64,000 nt of DNA from Schizochytrium sp. TIO01 (lineage: Eukaryota; Protista; Bigyra: Labyrinthulomycetes), in contig SMSO01000032.1 in assembly GCA_004764695.1 (NCBI GenBank), positions 1,116,001 to 1,180,000 of the forward strand. The letters run 5' to 3'. Under the pieces are notes generated by a model. That model ran no database searches, was not told where the DNA came from, and saw only the letters and a program-made list of their open reading frames with translations. This document shows, piece after piece, positions 31,595-43,796 of this stretch; within the stretch, counting starts at the first letter, position 1; every line of letters begins with the position of its first letter. Made by a program: the position numbers and the translations under genes.

Positions 31595-32902
31595 TTATAG
31601 TTTAGGAGGAGAAATGATCGTTCCGTAGACAATATTGCTAAATAGCGTGCGCAAAGGAACGCGAGTCTCGTCGAGGCTCAAAACCTGTGTGAAGTACATG
31701 ACCAACATGTCTTCCTTTGGATCACAAAGGAAAATAGTGTTGGCTGCGCCTGACCAATAGAATTGACCAATGCTAGATTGCAAGCCGCTTAATGTCGGGT
31801 CTTGTTGAACAGCAAAACCAAGTCCAAAACCAAGACCAGGTTTGGCTAACGCGGAGGCATAGCCTGGAGTGGTGAGTTCTTGAAGATCCTTATTGCCCGG
31901 CAAATGATTCTGCACAGCCAACTCAAACGTCTTGCGTCCGAGCAGACGCTGTCCATCCAGCTCGCCCTTATTGAGGCAAAATTGGGCAAATCTCGCGTAA
32001 TCCCGGAATGTTGAAACCAAACCGTGACCTGCATGAATAATATTTTTTCGCTTGGTGTAATCTCCAGACTTGTTCTGAATTTCAGTCATATCGAACCTAC
32101 TTCCATCTGGACGCTCACAATGGAGGCTCACAAGTTCTTCACGAGTCTCGTCATCCATTTGAAACATCGTGTGACGCATGTCAAGAGGTTCAAAAACCCG
32201 GATTCGAAGAAACTCTGGTAGAGTCTGCCCTGAAATTACCTCAATAACGCGTCCCAGGAGCTCTACGTGATAACCATAGTTGAACTTCGCCCCAGGTTGG
32301 CAACAAAGAGGAAGGGTGGACAGTCGGTCTACAAGCATCTCCAGCGTCTCGTTCAAATGAGCAGCTTCGCGATCCGACTCGCGGTAAATAGGGTCCACCG
32401 CATTCTCTGGGCTCAGCATAAACCCATACGAAAGACCACCAGTATGCGTAAACAAATGTCGCATAGTGATATCTTGCTTGCAGGCAACAGGTTCTGTGCC
32501 TTCGACTTCAAGTACGCGCAAGTTCTCCTTTTTCCATTTGGACCCAAGATACAAATGGGCAGGTTGATCCAAGGTCAGCTTTCCTTCCTCCATGAGCAAA
32601 AGAAGAGCAAGGGAGGTGATTGGCTTTGTCATTGAATATATGCGAAAGCAAGAGTCAGGTTCGAGGGGCGTCCCCTTTTCAGTCGAGGCATGACCAGTAC
32701 CTTTATAGTATACCACCTTGCCATGCCTTGCAACCAAAGCTCCGGCCATGGGAAAAGCATATCCATCGGTCTTATTTACGGAGTACTCAAGGAAGGCATC
32801 AATTCGTTGAAGGGCCGATGAACAAATCCCTACAGACTCTGGGCTCTCTGCCCAAGGCAATCCGACGTCTTCTCCAGTCCAATCTAATGCCATACTTGAC
32901 AT
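31595..32902 (-). CDS. Beta-lactamase-family serine hydrolase, copy B (intact tandem paralog), C-terminal PKL
   Basis: YSMTKP, LFTHTGGLSY, PGAKFNYG, AGHGLVST, FYWSGAANT; alignable end to end with copy A. First ATG 32902 (32920 is TTG, preceded by in-frame TAG). Confidence 0.93.
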   Translation of the reverse strand: MSSMALDWTGEDVGLPWAESPESVGICSSALQRIDAFLEYSVNKTDGYAFPMAGALVARHGKVVYYKGTGHASTEKGTPLEPDSCFRIYSMTKPITSLALLLLMEEGKLTLDQPAHLYLGSKWKKENLRVLEVEGTEPVACKQDITMRHLFTHTGGLSYGFMLSPENAVDPIYRESDREAAHLNETLEMLVDRLSTLPLCCQPGAKFNYGYHVELLGRVIEVISGQTLPEFLRIRVFEPLDMRHTMFQMDDETREELVSLHCERPDGSRFDMTEIQNKSGDYTKRKNIIHAGHGLVSTFRDYARFAQFCLNKGELDGQRLLGRKTFELAVQNHLPGNKDLQELTTPGYASALAKPGLGFGLGFAVQQDPTLSGLQSSIGQFYWSGAANTIFLCDPKEDMLVMYFTQVLSLDETRVPLRTLFSNIVYGTIISPPKL

Positions 32903-34766
32903 GGAACGATTTTGATTCAACTACTTGCCTCGCTTTCAGTTTTGGTTCTGGTCAATCAAATTTGCAAATTTGGCCTGCGAGCATCAGAGCAGGTTCAGAT
33001 CCTTTCTGTACATCGGACTGAGACGTGCTTTAACCTTATAAGTAAGGGAGATTAACTTCTCAAGGATACTTTGCTCCGGCCTAAGGCCTGTGAACAAGGC
33101 TGGTAAAGCACAGCTACGGGTTCAGGAGTCCTTCTTATCTAAGCCCACACATCCTGCTGCAGTGTCTCATTATACATATCTGTGTACATTTACCTATGTT
33201 GAGATAACGTAATCATTGAATGTTATTGGGCAATCATAGGGCATCATAACATACTTCTTGAGACAATTCGGGCTGTCTTCGTGTCCGCGCCTAGCCCTGG
33301 GTATATGGGTTTAAATGAGGAGAGATATGAAAGAGGACTATCAAGTCGAGTCGGGAAGCGGGGTTTAGTTGTGGTTTTTATATTTTGGTCTCAATTATAG
33401 AAATATTATTTTAATTTAAATTCATACCTTCAACATTGAGGGCATGCCCTATTCCCCTAGACAGCGACACCGGCATACACGTTCAGCTATTTTTAAATGA
33501 GTAGGCGCGATAGATGTAACAAATACATGGGTTTTGTTAGTTTCACTTCCTTTGAAATTGTATTTGAAAGAAACATATCCACTAAGATTCCAATTTTAGA
33601 GTGGACGACAGGAAGGTATGAATTTCGTTATACTTAGGACCGATCCAAGCTCATAAGCTCACTGCTGTTTCCTAATCGTATCTTGAGGACGCATAGGAGT
33701 CGTCTCATGTGTCACAGACAACAAATCACCTCAGCTGCCGCTTCTTTGTACCGTAAGTCACGCCAATCGCTGAGCGAGCTGAGCTAGCTGAGCATCACAG
33801 CGTATAGTATGGATCCTAAAATAATCTAAGTATCGTCAAAAAGTCGATTCAGGATCAACAACAAAGTAACCGCATCCAGCGCAAAGCCAGATATCATACC
33901 TTCCCAATCATAATAATGGAGAGATTTGGTCAAGCGGAACAACTTAACTTTGTTCTTACTAACCAGGGGTTAATCTTTTAAAACAATTTTTTCCTAAATT
34001 CGATAGTTCTGGTATTGACTTGCTTCAAATCTCATAATACTAGCAACACTCAAGGAATATCTGAAATGGGCAACGCCGTAGGTCATGATTTCATCGAGAC
34101 GCAGAAGCAATGCTTGCAAGCGTGGTGTGACATTGTTTTCATTTTGATTCACTGCCCCTATGCAGAGAACATGTAAAAGGAAAAGATGTTGGTCTATATT
34201 GTAATGAAATCTGACATTTTAAAACTGAATAGCACCGCACCTACAACAAACCTTGGGGAGGGTGTATGCCTTCAGGGAAATAAATCTTGTAGCTATTGTG
34301 TACAAGATTATGATAGGATTTCGCAAATTTCATACGAAAGTTTCTTCGTTTGACAAAAAGCTTTATTATAACTGATATGAAGCTTGGAGGATCTTTAAAA
34401 AGTGTCCTATACTCCTGACTAGGTCAAATTGGTCGCTAAGATAGTGCATACTTGCGTTTTGGGTCTGCTAATTGTTTCGAGTCTGCTGCTCAACGGCTGT
34501 AGTTGTCTATCATCTTTCATCTTGTATAATATGCTTCACTTATGTTTCATCAGTGCCTAAATATTGGTGTTTGCAGTTGTCCCTGAGTGAAGTTTTCTTC
34601 TCATGGGTTGTACCTCCAGCCCCTAGGGAGCTCCAATCCGTGGAGTGTGAATGTTGATATGCAATAGCTGTCCTCTTACTTTCACAGAACCTTGCTTGTC
34701 TTAGATTTGTTCCTTATTCGTAATTAAGTAGAACTAGCAACCTTCGTTTCGTCATTTCGTGAATAA

Positions 34767-34888
34767 AGAGTTTTACTTAAAGAAGCGAACGACATAAATA
34801 CAACTCAAGTATTTTCTTTGTTAACATAGAGTTTTACTTAAAGAAGCGAACGACATAAATACAACTCAAGTATTTTCTTTGTTAACAT
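34767..34888. repeat. Perfect 61-bp tandem duplication
   Basis: agagttttacttaaagaagcgaacgacataaatacaactcaagtattttctttgttaacat at 34767-34827 and 34828-34888. Confidence 0.95.
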
Positions 34889-35402
34889 ATTATAAATACC
34901 AAGCTTATCAATTAATTCATGCTTTTGCCGCTCTCAAAATGTGCAAGTGATGATAACATCTATAAATACATTCATGAAAGCACAGGACGTGCAATAGAAT
35001 ACGTTGATTAGATCATCTGTCTTCTCTTTGCACAATTGACCCTTCTTCCCTGAGCAGTTACAATGTATTATCATCGTCATCATCATCATCATCATTATCT
35101 ACAGCAGCAGCAGCATTACCCTCTGCCCAAACTCATTATTGACCTTACTCCTTCATTCGATTCAAAAAACATCGAGTGACTAAAACCTTAATAGCCTTGC
35201 TATAATAAGTACTGATCCTGGGTAATCCGTCGTTAGGACCAGAAATTTTTCCTCTATTATAGAGTAGGCACTACCTACTACCTTAATACCTAGGTAGGTA
35301 GAAACAAATGGTGATAGTTCTTAAGCCTTTAGAATGATGTTTTGAATTGCTGGCAATCCCTCAAGTGTGCAACTCGCGAGGAACCACTGCCGTGTGCCCG
35401 TG

Positions 35403-38400
35403 ATGGGCGCGGTGCCAAGCGCTCCCGATGGGCCTAGAACTGTTCTGGGCCCACTGCGTCGCGAGAAACCTGCGAGGCAAAAGATTACTCAGGATGTTGG
35501 GGTACAGGCAATTACGATGATCTTATCTGAGGCTTCCGAGAGTGGTTTGCCGTCGATGTCTTCGAGCGCTGACGATGACCTCGGCAACCGAGGAGGCGAG
35601 AATGGCCTTCCATTGAGGTCTCCAAGAGACTCGGATGTAGGCGAACGAGGAAACGTGGGTGAGCTTTCAACGAAATCTCCAGAAGATATAGCTCAGGAAC
35701 ATACGAACGCAGGTGAACAAGGTGAGAACGGCTTGCCTCCGAAGTCTCCAACAGATATGAACACAGTTAAACCAGGAGAAGATAACTCTCGGATAGGAAA
35801 CCTACAGAGTGTGCATGAACCTCTTGGGGGTTCGGGAGCACTACAAAACCCCTCTGATAAGGAGAAAGCAGGCAATTTAATGCATAATATTCGAATCCAA
35901 CCTGAAGGCAAATACTGTGCAGAGATATTTGATGATTCTATCCAATGTATGCGGTCAATAGGTTTGTTTGATCGACGTGACGAAGTAAGTTCATATTTTT
36001 TGGTCGCTTCAATGATTACAAAGTGCGATTCCAAACTGTAAAGATGGCACAAAGAAATATAGCACGGGTATTAACGCATTTGATATTTCACCTTGGGAAA
36101 CCATCCCTTTGCTCTTAATGTATTGATACAGGCTACGATAATTACTTGGTTGGTGAGATATATTAAGCATAAAGAATCTCTTGAGAATAAAATACCAAGT
36201 ACAATATCGGACTTGTCTGTGTTTGTGGAACGACTTCGTTCTATTCCCAACAATTTCCAAATGCTGTGCTACGAGTATCACTACACGAAGTCTGAGAAGG
36301 GGATAGTCGGACGTCTCACCGTTGAAATGCGTTACCTTGTATACGCACTAGATTTTGAGCAAGCGTGGTTTCAATCACGATCGGAGACAGATAACCTTCT
36401 ACTGCCGCTGCAGGGACGTTTTGAATTCGAATATTGGACAGACGCATTTACCGAACTGGAATTATCAAAAAATCGCATTTGTGAGACATTTCTCAACATT
36501 CGCGAGCCAGGAAACCGAAGACATATATTAAACGATTTTAAGAAGGTGACTAGGTCTATTTGGGCGGCACGAACCCAATTTTCAAAGAGACTAGTTGAAG
36601 TAGGATCATCCTTCTCTATTCCAGTTCCTCGTATTGATGTGAACTTAAAAAAGTACTTGCGTATTCATCAACATTCTCAGAAAAACCCTGATGTGATAGA
36701 CCTTACTGAATTAGATGAGCACAATGGTTTTAGTGGAGCTAGCGAATTGTTGAGCAGTAGACTTTCTTCTAATAGGCATACCAATCTACATCCTACCTTA
36801 CCTCACAAGAACCTTGGTAGTTCGATTGTGGTAGCTTCTTCACCGTGTTCGTCTTCACCGTCATCGCCATTGTCAGTGTCACCAGCAAGGTCGATGTGGT
36901 CAGGTGTTACAGAGGTTGCACAGAACAAAAATCCTACTTTGTCTCAAGGTGAGAACGCAAATAGCACGCAGCCTCCTCTACTAGTACACTCTATGAAAAC
37001 TAGAAAAAGAAATGACATGGAATCACCTCACCAAATTGTAAATCACAAACGTGTAGCTCCTCAAGACTACCCGCATGGCGTTACAGCCCGAAACTCGAAT
37101 TCTTTTAGCAGTTCGAACTCTTTACAGTCTTTCTCTGTAAATCCAAAGGCATATGAGAGCCCGCGTTACGTACGTCTTCCACCCCGTGGTTTATCTCATC
37201 ACAATAAGGAGTTTGGGCAAATTCAACAGGCCGAGCAACAGTATCGGCAGCATGTTCGTGAACAACACCAACATCAGCAATGTGACACCTACAAACAACC
37301 TACGAATCGCCATGGCGATGAAGACGCTCTCTGCCTTGAGTATCAGAATCGTGCCAATGAAGTACACCAAAATAAACAATACCAGGCATACGAACATCAT
37401 TTGAATCGCCAAGATAACATCCGTACCCAGCGCCTTCAGTATCAGCAACATCAGGCCTACGAACAACGTATGAATCACCAAAATGATGTCCAGGCACAGC
37501 GCTTTCAGGACCAGCATCACACTCATGAAAAGCGCCACTATCAACAGCATCAGGCCTACAGAGAGAATAGAATTAGCGAACATGATGTCGGCGTCCAGCA
37601 ACTTCAGCATCAGCGGTATCTGCATCAGCAACAAGTCCAACAACCAAATCGATATGAATATCAACAGCACCGACATCGCCAACATCGCCCGCATTTAGAG
37701 CATGAGCAACTTCAAGATCTTCGGCGAACCGAGCCAAATGACCTCAATGTCCAAGCCCAATTACACTCCCGACATGGGATTCCACATTCTCAAGTACAGA
37801 ATACTCTTAATCGTCAGGCATCCCAAACCCAGCGCGTCCTATCACCATCGCATGAATATAAGAAAGCAAGCGTTGCGCAAGGTTTACCTGAACAGGGACG
37901 AGGAAACGCAGCGCATAGTCGTTATAAGTCTGGGTTTCTGTCATTGCTACCTTCGCATATAAATATTTCTCCAGAAGAAAATGCAGCACTGGCTCGACGA
38001 TCGCAGTTTGAGTGCCAACATGAGCCATGGTTTAAAAATCTTGTTCGATTATTCAATACGAAGGTCCGTTCTGAGGTCGAGAATGCTGAGTACGAAGTTC
38101 TCCGTCAACAATTTCAAATATATCATTTCCAGAGAGCTGAGAGATTCGTTTCCAGAAGAGAAGCGTGTCGCCTGAATCGCAACATGAAGTTTCTGAAAGA
38201 AAAATGGAAGGTTGCATATGATCGATCGCATTATCAACTGATACAACAGGAATATTCCAATGTTCAGCCAGATTCAACGAGATCTCATAGAATAAGCAAA
38301 TCAACAGAGGTGTACCATCAAGCTTCTTCGCCAGAAACTGACGCAGCATTAACCATACAACGCCAGGCAAGCGTAACAGAAACAAACACCCGCAGAAACG

Positions 38401-41378
38401 TCGAGGATGAGCAAAGGGACTCTCAAATATATTCTAACGATTTACGAGAACTTACTTGCACTTCCTTAAGCTCGAGAGGTGAACACCCACCTGTGATAAA
38501 TACCCACTCAGCTTCTTCTGTTTCTGAGTCCCCTAAACGTTATGATGCGCCGTTTGTTTCTAACTCGACATTGTCGTCAGCAATGGAAACACGAATTTCA
38601 ACAAAGGTGAAGCCTTCTCAAGATGTTAGACATCGAATTTATCAACCATTAAACCGTGCTCACTCAGACAGCGAAGGAACAAAGCTTCATCACCCAAGCT
38701 TCCAGCAGTATGAACAGGCGACTCCCGGTCCTTCAATCGAACATACTGCTGATAGGAATATTGAGTCAGTAGTTCATCAAACATCATCCCAATATCAAGC
38801 GCCCTTGCCATCAGAAATATCCATCAACTCTAACAAGGTATCTCATTGGGAGATGCGCCCATATACAGATGCCAATTTGACCACCGTTTCGTTGCAATTT
38901 GCAGAAGCGGAATGTAGTCCTGATAGAAGTACTGAGAATTTAGGACACATCTCTGATGCAGAGAAGTCGTGTTCAAAAGAGAAGTCTCTGGCTTCCTGTG
39001 TGAATCCGCAGATTGATCCTTTGGAAGCCCCCAAAGGAGAAAACGAGGTTGCGAATACGGAGAACCCAGAAGAAACATCTGTTGTGGAACACTCTTATTA
39101 TCAGGAAACATATTCACCTTTGAATATAGATGTAAATTCTGATACCTTGCAAGTGATCGAAAGAGAAAATGGTACTGTCAATACCGAAAATATAAGAGCA
39201 ACATATAGCACTGAGCATTTGAGTTCGAAGGAGAAACCCTCATCTTCGGATCTGGATCAGGCTGCTGATTCCTTGCATAGCATTCAAGCTGGACAAAGTT
39301 CTGCTAATACTGGCCATTTGAACGGGGTTTCTGATAACCCAACAAACTCTCATGTACAGGAGGGCTGCGCAGAGAGTCAGGGGGCCGATGATATCTGCAG
39401 AAGCCTTGCCGAGAGCCGCAGGCGTGAGGTAACGTGCCCTTTGCTGCCTGGACGACCTAGTGTAGATCGCCCAATAACAGCGAACACCCATATTGAGGAG
39501 ACAGAGGCTAGCAGAAAAATTAATCTCTTAAACTCTGAGACTGAAATCCAAAATGATGAAACTACAACATATAGCAAAGAGGAAACACCAGCACAACCTA
39601 AGACAAAGGAGGGGGCTATATCTTTATTCAACAAGGGATTTAAAAGTACTGATTCGGGGATAGCTTCAAAAACTAATCCATCATCGGACACTGCAGAGGA
39701 AAGAAGTCTTATGCGCTGCCAAAAAGACTCCCTTATCTATCGTTCTCACAGAACAAGTTCTCACAAAACCTCATCGGAATATCTGATTGGACAGCGTAGT
39801 AAGGGCCATTTAATCGTGAAAGACCCTTCAAATAAGTCAATAAAGTCCATCAGTCATAGGAATCCTATTAAGATGGAGTTGAATTCGGCTTCAGGTCTTA
39901 GTTCCGAGACTACCCTTCCATGTAAAGAAGAAAAGCTAGAAGCGACGGAGATCGCTGTAGAACAGCAACTCAAAAGGAATCATTCAGTGGATTGTAATAA
40001 TCTGAAGGCCCAACCTGGATGGGAAACAGAAAAACACAAACCTGTGATAGAATCTCACCCTCAGGTTGGTTCTCAGGTGAAGGTTGAAAGAAGGGGAGAT
40101 ATGGATTCAGCCACTCAACAAAGTATTTCCAAGCAGGGTGTTTCAATTGACATGAATCGCGTCGACAAAGACATGAAGAAAGCTGAATGTTCATCTTCAG
40201 CTTCTCCCTCCGGAGCAGCTGGATTGGTTACTTTGAAAGACCCAACAGCGATTAAAACCTCAAGTAACGAAGCTATCTGCCAAAAGACATTTACTGGTGG
40301 TTCATGCGACAGGAGCGACCAGGAGGTTTCAAACCTGAATGCCCCTTTGACACAAAATTCTCCTCCTAAGACCTGCATAAAGAAAGAACTGGTTCATGTA
40401 TCTTCTGAACAGCAAGATACTCATGAAGTTATTGATCTTTGCGATGATGATGAAGAAGATGGTGGTCATCACATTGATGGGGTGGGACAAGCAACCTCAC
40501 AAGGCGAGCGTAATGGGACTGCACATGAGGCAACTCTGTCAAATCGTGCTCAAGATTGTTCTCATTTGTTGTCTACACCCAAAGTAGTTGCCAAACTCAA
40601 GGGTGCAGATAATAACTCTCGACAGAGTAAAAAACCTTTTACAGTTGGGGCTTCCCCGCCATTTTCTAGTGGAAGCCAACTGCACATTAAGAATCATGAG
40701 CAATGCCTTTCTCGAAGTGTTGCCACGGAACGCTTAATCCCAAGTTCAGCAGGAAATTGTACATTGAACAAAACGGATCATTTACAGTTGTCAAACTTAA
40801 AGAGCAAACCATCTGCTGATACGCCAAATGAGGTAGTTCCCCCAAAAGGCACATGTCCGACTCTCAGGAAATGCTTGCCAAATCTACAGAAAAGTGCACA
40901 ATCGAACTTCAGTGAACATAAACTGGATACTGCGCAAGTAGATCAGGCGAGTAGAAGAATTGGTTTGTCTACAAGAAATGGCTTCTTATCACAAAGACAT
41001 CATCGTTCACCTAGAAGTAACTCTAGTTCTGGTTTAGCCCGTCCACACGATCACAAAACACTCAACATGGATGAAAATTATGCTCGCATGTCAGATGACT
41101 CGATAAGTAAAAGACCTCGGCTTACCATTTCACATGATTCGGAGTCTTTGAAAAGGAAACGTCTGTCTTCGAAAGATCTTAGCCCTCACAACCACTCCTC
41201 CAAAGAACCGCGATCAAATGTTACTCCATCGCCACACAAACCAACTGAAGACTTTCAAGATGGCAAAGATGTACATGAAGAGGATGACTTCTATAGTGAT
41301 AGGTTTGATGATGACGCACAGTCGAATAGTAGTTATGAGCCTTCAAAGGACGAACTGGTTTTGCCCTGCCAACCTTAG
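35403..41378 (+). CDS. Large (about 1942 aa) disordered nuclear protein with AP2/ERF-like domain; exons 35403-35984 and 36132-41378
   Basis: Phase-0 intron 35985-36131 (GTAAGT...ATACAG) joins track ORFs 35367 and 36093 in frame, giving HNIRIQPEGKYCAEIFDDSIQCMRSIGLFDRRDE|ATIITWLV, similar to AP2 GVRQRPWGKWAAEIRD...WLGTFDTAEEA. Q/H-rich repeats, SIM-like VIDLT and VIDLC motifs. Confidence 0.75.
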
Positions 41379-41857
41379 CGAAAAACATACCATTCCAGGC
41401 CTTACGAAAGATCGTGTCAGTGGCCTGTCTTCGTACGAAGAATGGACATTATCAAGCTCCATACCTAAAATCTATTTTTAAAAATTAAACGGAAGTGGAA
41501 TTAACAGAGTATATTAAAATTAAAAAATTCTGTTTTTGAATGACTTCATCTGGAGTTCAATTGTTACAAGAAAAATATTGCATACAAATGAAGTTAATTA
41601 TCATAGCATTCGATGTTCTCAAAGTATCCTCAGTCCAATGTCTTTGTCGTTTGGCTAATAACAAGAATATGCTCAGGCACGCAAACTCGGGACAAAGTCA
41701 TGATTTAATCTTGGTTAGACTAGTGACGACCTGTTTTTAAGGGGAGGAAGCTCTCGAGGAATCGCGTTGATTCTATGTCCACTTCTTCGTAAAATTAAAG
41801 ATCGTACTGAGCTGCAGATACTTATATTCTTTATGTTTAATAACAGTGACTCGTCGT

Positions 41858-43796
41858 TTATGTCGTCGGGGATAGTGTAGGCGAAGGTGTAGGGCATGGA
41901 TATTCAGATGAAACCCATTCATACTTAGATTTCGGATACCTGGTCTTTTTAATAGACTCAAACAAGTAACACTGATTTTTCCGCCCGAAGTATGACATGT
42001 AGTTACACCCACCGTATGACTCGCAAAGGTTTAGACACGCAATTGCTGACGATGCTTCGACATATTTCGATACACCAGAGGTATATGTGCCATAGTAACG
42101 CATGTCTGCAACAAAGCATTCCTCGTCTGGCGTTCGCGAAGTTGTGGGCGCTTCAGTACTAGAACAAGCGTCAAATTCCACATCACTAAGATCAGAGCTA
42201 ATTGCCACTTGGATGTTTGGGAGTTCTCCACAGAATTCGTTCGGAAGTGCCAAAAGGTAATCTAGGCTAAGGGTTTCCATAGAAGATGGAAGTGTTTGGA
42301 GTGAGTTGTTACGAATATCGAGAAATCGAAGAGAAGACAAGTTTTCACCAAACCCATCTGGGACATACTGTAGATCGTTGTTATCTACACTCAATGTGCG
42401 GAGTGTCGATAAATCACTCAGAAGCAGGAGCGAGTCTGGGTCTACCTGGTTACTACCTAGAGTAAGATAGACAAGGTCACTTAACACATTGATCCAATCA
42501 GGAATTTCAGCAATCGTGTTGTTATCTACTGCAAGTTCTTTCAGGCTTGTCATGTTCGCGATGACACTCGGAAACTCGCTGAAAAGGTTTTCTCTTATGG
42601 AAAGCTCCTCAATTGAGCTAAGACCCAGTGACTCAGGAAGTTCACCAAGCTTGTTGTCAGACACGTCCCTGTTGAAAAAAATGCATGATGTTAGTGGCTT
42701 TGGTCCTGACTCCATAGAGCCTTTTGTGCAAGCTTAAGTAAAACGTACAGTGTCTCTAATTGAGTGAGTAAACCAAAATTATCTGGCAGTTCTGTCAATG
42801 CATTGCTTGAAACATCGAGTGAGGTGAGCGAGGAAAATGTTTTAAGGAAGGTAGGAAGTGATACGATATCGTTGTGATCCAATGAAAGTTCGTTCAGGTT
42901 GACGAGTCCAGAAAGATATTGTAAGTTAGACAACTGGTTTGAGCCCAGATTGAGTTTCAACAAGGGGTTCAGATTCGTGAGCTTTTTTGGCAAGCCTGTA
43001 AGTAGGTTGCTGGACGCATCGAGATAAGTTAGAGAAGACATTGAGCCCATTTTACTCGGAAGGGCAGAAAGTGAGTTGTCTTGGAGGTCACTGCATGTTT
43101 CGGAAGTACAAACTTAGTGTGAGTGGTCTGGTCTAGAATGTTGCTACGCTCTTTATAAGGTCAGGATCTACTTACAGGTATGCTAGCTTGTCAAGGGTTC
43201 CAATATTTGAGTGCAATTTCTGGATATTGCAGTTTGACATTGTCCTATGTTATTGATGAATATTCGAAGCACCGCATTCACTGTGGTTAGTCGCACAGAT
43301 TCAGATTCCATTTGGTTTTAAATCATTGGAGGTAATCACTTACATTGATGTCAACAACTTAAGCCGTTTGATGTTCTTTGGGATTTTCTTGAAATCGGAG
43401 TCGGTCATGGTTCTGTGAATCAACAATAGTTCCGTGTTAGTTCGTCATCAGCTCTATACAGTTGATTGAACCCACCTCGCAAATCCCAGCGGGCACGAGG
43501 AGAGATGTGAGAGCGATTATGAAGTTTGAAACTCTTCTTTTCAAAGGTAGTATGCACTCAGTAACTTACAAAGACGTGAGAGCAGAGAGTTTAAAAAGAC
43601 GCCTCGAAAAAGAAGTCACGCCTGTGCAGCTCAACCTCGTTGCAGAAATAGGTGCTGAGTCGAGTGGCCGTGTCCCAATATATCCAGATGCATCCCACAT
43701 TTCACATTCTGCTTGAACGAGGTCACTATTGTAAAGAGTAATGACGATAACAAGCGCAAATGCTTTAACTAATGCTGACACCATCGTAAGTGCCAT
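41858..43796 (-). CDS. Secreted leucine-rich-repeat protein with C-terminal PAN/Apple domain (about 505 aa, 5 exons)
   Basis: Exons 43796-43570, 43412-43344, 43244-43176, 43090-42749, 42668-41858; four GT-AG introns, all phase 2, total 1518 nt in frame. Signal peptide MALTMVSALVKAFALVIVITLYNSDLVQA; about 14 LRRs (LxxLxLxxNxLxxLP); PAN-like CF...SAIACLNLCESYGGCNYMSY...CYLF...WVS...C; Pro/Thr linkers. Confidence 0.88.

Noticed and set aside
14794-32902. Terpenoid biosynthetic gene cluster (GGPPS plus hydrolases)
   Set aside because: No cyclase, P450 or transporter nearby; 13 kb of unrelated genes in between.
29624-32902. Antibiotic-resistance beta-lactamases or bacterial contamination
   Set aside because: Lack YxN and KTG of true class C enzymes, carry eukaryotic targeting signals and are embedded among eukaryotic genes.
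43470-43540. Cryptic extra LRR exon inside intron 1
   Set aside because: Would need a 33-nt upstream intron and ends in phase 0, incompatible with the phase-2 neighbours; lacks the LRR Asn spacing.
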